Assembly: GCA_037442745.1 (NCBI GenBank)
Contig: JBBIPP010000007.1
Coordinates: 1-52,842 of the forward strand
Length of the DNA stretch: 52,842 nt
Source: an archaeon
GTDB lineage: Archaea > SpSt-1190 > DYHY01
Reading direction: 5' to 3'
Shown here: positions 48,040 to 52,842 of the stretch, in pieces
Layout: the number at the start of each line of letters is the position of its first letter
Position numbering within the stretch: the first letter of the stretch is position 1
Made by a program: the position numbers and the translations under genes
Notes under the pieces: model-generated
Database searches by the model: none
Told to the model about the DNA's origin: nothing
What the model saw: the letters and a program-made list of their open reading frames with translations, nothing else

Positions 48040-48846
48040 TCAATTTGCCAATTCCTTCAAAAGCACCCTATGGTCGAACGCAATTTTCTTTGGCAGTTTG
48101 TTTTTCGGGAAGAACCCAAGCTCAGTTGTCTCTTCCTTCTGGAGAGTCGGCTTTCCACCAACGATTTTCCCCGAGAATACTGCAGTGACGCAGTTCGCCC
48201 CCGGATACCTCTTTCCAGAAACTATTCTCAGGAATTTCCCTATTTTTACCTTAAACCCAGTCTCCTCAAAGACTTCCCTTTTTGCCGCTTCCTCAAGAGT
48301 CTCCCCAGAATTAACATGCCCGCCGGGAAGGCACCAGAAACCCCGGTATTGGCCGTGCGCCCGTTTTTCCATTAGGACCTCTCCTTTTTCGTTCTCAATA
48401 ACAACGTCAACCGAAACAAGCGCCCACCCCTCCCTTGCCTTTCCAATGAATCCGTCAACAATCCTCTTCCTGTGGTCGAACGCAATTTTTTCCGGCAGAC
48501 TTTCCTTTGCAAACCACCTGATTTCGTCAACTTCTTCCTTCTGGAGCCTTTTCTTCCCTCCGACAATTTCAGCGAAATAGGAAAGCGCGGCAACCTCCCC
48601 CCCGCTTCCATTGAAAAGAACTCCTGAATAGACTCCAACCAGTTTCCCTATTTTTACCTTAAACCCAGTCTCCTCAAAGACCTCCCTTTTCAGGCCCTCT
48701 TCAATTGTCTCTCCCTTGACAAGTTGCCCGCCGGGAAGGCACCAGTATCCTTTCCATTTCCCGGAATGCCTTTTTTCAAGTAGAATTTTCCCATTCTTGA
48801 TAATTATTGCATCAGCGTTCGCAAACATCCTTTTCTCTGGAGCCAT
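48040..48846 (-). CDS. tandem two-domain NUDIX hydrolase
   Basis: Two GGx5Ex7REVFEETG NUDIX boxes, each domain ending IAFDHR. Confidence 0.93.
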   Translation of the reverse strand: MAPEKRMFANADAIIIKNGKILLEKRHSGKWKGYWCLPGGQLVKGETIEEGLKREVFEETGFKVKIGKLVGVYSGVLFNGSGGEVAALSYFAEIVGGKKRLQKEEVDEIRWFAKESLPEKIAFDHRKRIVDGFIGKAREGWALVSVDVVIENEKGEVLMEKRAHGQYRGFWCLPGGHVNSGETLEEAAKREVFEETGFKVKIGKFLRIVSGKRYPGANCVTAVFSGKIVGGKPTLQKEETTELGFFPKNKLPKKIAFDHRVLLKELAN

Positions 48847-49585
48847 TTGTTTCCAAGAAAAGCCACGATTCTCAAATTAAAGCGTTTCCCTTTACGGAAA
48901 AATGGGATTTCCTCTTTCAAGCTTCCAATGCCTTTTTATATGCAGAAGCTATTTTGTCACCAATCGAATAGACAGCTTCCTCCGAGAATGCAAGTCTCCA
49001 GTCCCTCGTCTTTCTAGGACAGGCGTTCAACAAGTAATTACCTTTCCTTCTTCCGTTGCGAGGCCGAGAATCAAGCAGTTGCCGAAGAAAAAAGCAAGGT
49101 GTTTCGATTTCCCGAAGCTGTCCGATCTTCTGATGTGAGTTCCTCTTCCGGAAATTCCAGAAACTTCCTTTCCGGCAAACTCCGAATAAACAGTCAGGTC
49201 AAGAATCCTCCTTTGGAAGATAGAATTCCAAAAGTTAGGCTCTTGACTTCCTCTTTCAAATCCCAAAATTTTCCGCGTATTTCGACAAGCTCTGTTTTAG
49301 GCCCAAGAGTCAAAGCAACAGTTCCTGCCCAAAAGAGAAAATAGTCTGGTTAATTTCCCTGTCGGATTTCGGCAGAGCCTAACCATTTCAGGACGTCGCT
49401 TGCGCTCAGGAACCAACAACCAGTATCCTTTCTTATTCCAGTCAATTGATCCTCCGGGGAGGATTGGTTGGAGCGGGGACCCGGAGGCCGAGCCTCCTGC
49501 GAGGTCTGGAGCAAAGGAGCGGAAGACTGAAGCGTTCTGCAATTGGCCGAAGTCTCTGGGTAAGCGAGAATCAGTAACTGGCGAG

Positions 49586-49660
49586 CGGACCCGGAGGGAT
49601 TTGAACCCCCGACCTAATGGTTCGAAGCCATTCGCTCTATCCGGGCTAAGCTACGGGTCC
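49586..49660 (-). tRNA. tRNA-Arg(TCG), no encoded CCA
   Basis: GGACCCG...CGGGTCCG; anticodon arm AATGG-CTTCGAA-CCATT. Confidence 0.97.
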
Positions 49661-49684
49661 TCGGGAAATATAGGAAACCTCTGC

Positions 49685-49693
49685 TTTATAAAA
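49685..49693. promoter_or_regulatory. bidirectional TATA box shared by divergent tRNA-Arg genes
   Basis: TTTATAAAA centred about 30 bp from both tRNA 5' ends (49660 and 49720). Confidence 0.65.
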
Positions 49694-49719
49694 AGGAACG
49701 GAAAGTTTTTTCCGGGCAA

Positions 49720-49796
49720 GGGCTTGTAGTATAGCTTGGACAGAATAGGGGCTTCCGAAGCCTCGGACCTGGGTTCGAATCCCAGCAAGCCCGCCA
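49720..49796 (+). tRNA. tRNA-Arg(CCG), CCA encoded
   Basis: GGGCTTG...CAAGCCCGCCA; anticodon arm GGGGC-TTCCGAA-GCCTC. Confidence 0.96.
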
Positions 49797-49845
49797 CAAA
49801 CTTTACGAAAGTTTGACAAAAAAGGGTGTTTGTTGTACACGCCGA
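49797..49845 (+). repeat. dispersed double-hairpin element (also at 30507 and 17191)
   Basis: CAAACTTTACGAAAGTTTGACAAAAAAGGG is 28/30 identical to 30507-30536. Confidence 0.85.
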
Positions 49846-50297
49846 ACCTCGCTATTGAGCCTATAGAAAGAAAGCCAGTTTCCTTCCTCCGGAGGAATCT
49901 CCCCAATAACGGAATTTGCTTTTGCCTTTAGCTATTTTTCCGGAAAACCTTCCGGGAATTTACAGATTGACTCTTTCAATTCAAGGGAATTCCGAAAGAG
50001 TTCACTAAGGGCATGGCGAAGTGCAGTAAGAAAGCTGCGTCAATCTATCTAGAGAAAATGGACGATGTTTCTTTGTTGAGCTGACCACTAAATAGAGTAT
50101 TGGGCGACACTTCCCTTGGACCAAATCAATATCAGGAGTATCCTCATTTGGCTAACGGAACCTCTTGCGTCAAGAACTCCCTGCCAAAGATTGATTCCTT
50201 GGCTTTGGAATTCTCTGGAAAAGGAGCAAAAAGGCCCGAAACCCAAGTAACCGGTTTGCAGAACTCTTTTATTCCATCAAAGAGCTCCTTTCAGAAA

Positions 50298-51050
50298 ATG
50301 GACAAAAGAAAGAAAACAATTCTTCTGACAAACGACGACGGCTTTGACGCTCCGGGGATAATTGCCATAAAGGCGGAACTCGAAAAAGTGGCAAAAGTTG
50401 TGACAATTGCCCCTTCAGGTCCAAGAAGCGGGACAGGGAAAACCCACAACAGGCGCGCTCCCCTTTTCCTGAAAAAAACAGGAAAAGATTCTTATTCCTT
50501 CGACGGAAACCCGGCTGACTGCGTCCAAGTAGCCCTTCACTCAATCTGCAAAAAGCCAGACATGATTGTGTCCGGAATCAATCGGGGAGAGAACTTGGGA
50601 ATTGGTAGCTTTTTCCTTTCAGGAACCCAAGGGGCGACAATTGAGGGCGCGCTCTTCAAAATTCCAGGAGTCGCATTTTCCCAGTATTTCGAAAATTGGG
50701 TAAGCGCAAGGGAGAAGACTGCGGACTCGTACCGGCCGGGAGCGAAACTTGCCTCAGAGCTTGTCTCAATTCTGTTGGAAAGCTTTCCGAAAGAAGTTGA
50801 TTATTTCAACGTCAACTTCCCCGAGAGTTGCTCAGACGAGACAGAATTTGTCAATACCAAATTCGCGGAATTAGACTGGAAAATGGTTCTTGAGAAAAAG
50901 GGCGGCAAGTTCTCCCACAGAAGGGGCGCTCTGGGCAAGCCAATTCCGGCAAAGGGAACTGATGTCGAGGCAATCCTGAAAGGCAAAGTCTCAATAACTC
51001 CCGTCAAATTGAAGGTTGAAAACCCGGAAATCGAGTGGTTCAAGGAATGA
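50298..51050 (+). CDS. surE: 5'/3'-nucleotidase SurE
   Basis: ILLTNDDG, GNPADCV, VSGINRGENLG, SGTQGATIEG, VSITP. Confidence 0.96.
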   Translation: MDKRKKTILLTNDDGFDAPGIIAIKAELEKVAKVVTIAPSGPRSGTGKTHNRRAPLFLKKTGKDSYSFDGNPADCVQVALHSICKKPDMIVSGINRGENLGIGSFFLSGTQGATIEGALFKIPGVAFSQYFENWVSAREKTADSYRPGAKLASELVSILLESFPKEVDYFNVNFPESCSDETEFVNTKFAELDWKMVLEKKGGKFSHRRGALGKPIPAKGTDVEAILKGKVSITPVKLKVENPEIEWFKE

Positions 51051-51451
51051 CAAACTCAAAAGAAAAATCCTTAATAGAGGCCTCGGCAGAGGCCAGGACC
51101 CTCCTCTCAGAACTGAAACTGTCAAATCTCCCAATAATTGTTGAGGGGCGAAACGATGAGAAAGCTTTAAGAACTCTCGGAATTACTAATGAATTGCTGA
51201 AAGTATCGGAGAAATCCGGTCCTGTCCAGAAACTGGCAGAAGACCTGAAGAAAAAAGGTCACAAGTCTGCAATAATACTAACAGATCCCGACAGGGAGGG
51301 CGCGAAACTTGCCTCCCTTGTTTCCCGGACGCTTGAGAGTTTCGGAATGCATCCGATAATGCATTACCGGAAAATGACCAAACTGTTTGGAAAATCGGCG
51401 GTGGAAGAGCTAGGAAATCTGGAGCTTCCAGAAACCGTCCCTTGGGAATAG
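51047..51451 (+). CDS. small TOPRIM-domain protein
   Basis: IIVEGRNDEKAL, ILTDPDREG. Confidence 0.92.
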   Translation: MTNSKEKSLIEASAEARTLLSELKLSNLPIIVEGRNDEKALRTLGITNELLKVSEKSGPVQKLAEDLKKKGHKSAIILTDPDREGAKLASLVSRTLESFGMHPIMHYRKMTKLFGKSAVEELGNLELPETVPWE

Positions 51452-51545
51452 TTGGTTTTTGTTGCGCGCTTTTTCGTCTGCCTCTTGTTTCTGGAAAAAA
51501 TTCAGCCAAAAAGGAAAAGAAAAAACGGAGAGATGAAAAAACAAA

Positions 51546-52838
51546 ATGGGAAAAATAGCACAAGTATCATCGAAATACATTGTTAAAGCTCAAATACAGG
51601 CAAACGGTGTAATTGAGAAACCGGACGTTGTAGGAGCGATTTTCGGGCAGACTGAGGGGCTTCTTGGGAACGATTTGGAACTAAGGGAGCTTCAAAGATC
51701 CGGAAGAATAGGCAGAATTGAGGTAATTGTTGACTCCAAATCCGGAAGGACGAGCGGAACAATTGAAATTCCCTCAAGCATGGACAAGGCGGAAACCGCA
51801 ATAATTGCGGCTGCCTTGGAAACAATTGACAGGGTCGGACCATGCACAGCCACAATAAAGGTTCTAGGAGTCGATGATGTTCGGATTTCAAAGAGGAAAT
51901 CAATAATAAACAGGGCAAAGGAAATTTTAAAGAACCTTGTAAATGACACTCTCCCGGACACCCAGGAACTGACGGATGTTGTAAGGGAATCTGTTAGGGT
52001 TGGGGAAATAATCGAATGGGGTCAAGACAGGATGCCTGCAGGTTCGGGAATTCTCGAGTCCGACGAGCTGATTGTAGTTGAGGGAAGGGCAGATGTTGTG
52101 AACCTCCTTCGGAACGGAATCAAGAACTGCATTGCAATAGGTGGAACCCATGTGCCGGGAAGCCTTGCTGACTTGACGAAGAAGAAGACAACGACCCTTT
52201 TCGTCGACGGGGACAGGGGAGGAGACCTGATTTTCAAGGAAGTCAGGCAGTTGGCTGAAATTGACTATATTGCAAGGGCGCCCTCCGGAAAGGAAGTTGA
52301 AGAGCTGGAAAAGAAGGAAATCCACAAATGCCTGAGAGCACGGGTTGCAGTCGAGCAGGTAGGGGAATCAATCCAAGAAATTCCCTCATCAACCGGGGAC
52401 GAAGGGGACGACTACTCTGAAGATCCGGAAGCGCATAGAAGACCAGCCTATGTTCAGCCCCAACAACAGCAGAGAATTCCCAACCACGCGCCCAAGATTG
52501 TCGAACAGGTTTTGGCCGAACCTGCTCCCCCAGAGCTTGATTCGACCCACAAGGAGACCTTTCGGCGGATGATTGACGAGATTGTCGGGACAAGGGCTGC
52601 ATATCTCTTGGACAACCAGCTCCAGATATTGGGAAGAGTCCCAATTGCAGAGCTCCAAAGAAGCCTTGAGGGAGTTGAAGGCCTCGACTCGTTGATAATT
52701 GACGGCGTATTGACCTCACGCCTTTTGGAAATGCTCAAGGGCAAGCAAGTAAAATATGTTGTCGGAATGCGGAAAATAAACGTCGGAGCTGTTCCTTCAG
52801 GAGTAGCTCTCGTTACTCCACAGGACCTCGGACTATAG
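51546..52838 (+). CDS. dnaG: archaeal DnaG (exosome-associated primase-like protein)
   Basis: EKPDVVGAIFGQTEGLLG, VVEGRADV, VDGDRGG. Confidence 0.97.
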   Translation: MGKIAQVSSKYIVKAQIQANGVIEKPDVVGAIFGQTEGLLGNDLELRELQRSGRIGRIEVIVDSKSGRTSGTIEIPSSMDKAETAIIAAALETIDRVGPCTATIKVLGVDDVRISKRKSIINRAKEILKNLVNDTLPDTQELTDVVRESVRVGEIIEWGQDRMPAGSGILESDELIVVEGRADVVNLLRNGIKNCIAIGGTHVPGSLADLTKKKTTTLFVDGDRGGDLIFKEVRQLAEIDYIARAPSGKEVEELEKKEIHKCLRARVAVEQVGESIQEIPSSTGDEGDDYSEDPEAHRRPAYVQPQQQQRIPNHAPKIVEQVLAEPAPPELDSTHKETFRRMIDEIVGTRAAYLLDNQLQILGRVPIAELQRSLEGVEGLDSLIIDGVLTSRLLEMLKGKQVKYVVGMRKINVGAVPSGVALVTPQDLGL

Positions 52839-52842
52839 GCCC

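Noticed and set aside
49846-49870. Echo of the tRNA-Arg(CCG) 3' end
   Set aside because: CGAACCTCGCTATTGAGCC resembles CGAATCCCAGCAAGCCC too weakly to count.
48900-50280. TGA read-through or genetic code reassignment
   Set aside because: Conserved genes end normally at TGA (for example the GG-TGA sulfur carrier and surE), and the broken frames also need frameshifts.

Overview
Archaeal chromosomal window, probably DPANN-type (inferred from gene content and compact, TATA-driven, mostly leaderless organisation). Core genes: top6A/B-dim2-rio1-aIF1A, nmd3, aIF2beta, RPA, MCM, XPD, class I lysS, dnaG, dnaK/grpE/dnaJ, ndk, dut, ychF, ppcA, surE, speB. It also has a tRNA-thiolation/sulfur-relay cluster, several surface proteins and six intron-less tRNAs (Ser-GGA, Val-GAC, Arg-TCT, Asn-GTT, Arg-TCG, Arg-CCG). 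The most unusual signal is non-coding. The 3' ends of five tRNAs and three essential protein genes (nmd3, aIF2beta, mcm) are repeated about 60-360 bp downstream, sometimes as short polarised arrays whose distal copy is the most degenerate. The inserts between copies are hairpin-rich and share motifs across loci, including an AAAACTTT-ayg-AAAGTTTT hairpin with a compensatory base-pair change and GAGY...RCGA hairpins. No integrase, transposase, Cas1 or RT is encoded in the window, so these look like miniature non-autonomous elements or integration scars targeting gene 3' ends. Other points: ttuA apparently starts at CTG and is missed by the ORF track, ThiI lacks its PP-loop, Lrp operator sites are visible, a flavin reductase is frameshifted, and a double-NUDIX gene shows gene-conversion-like blocks. 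All calls were made by eye; no searches were run.
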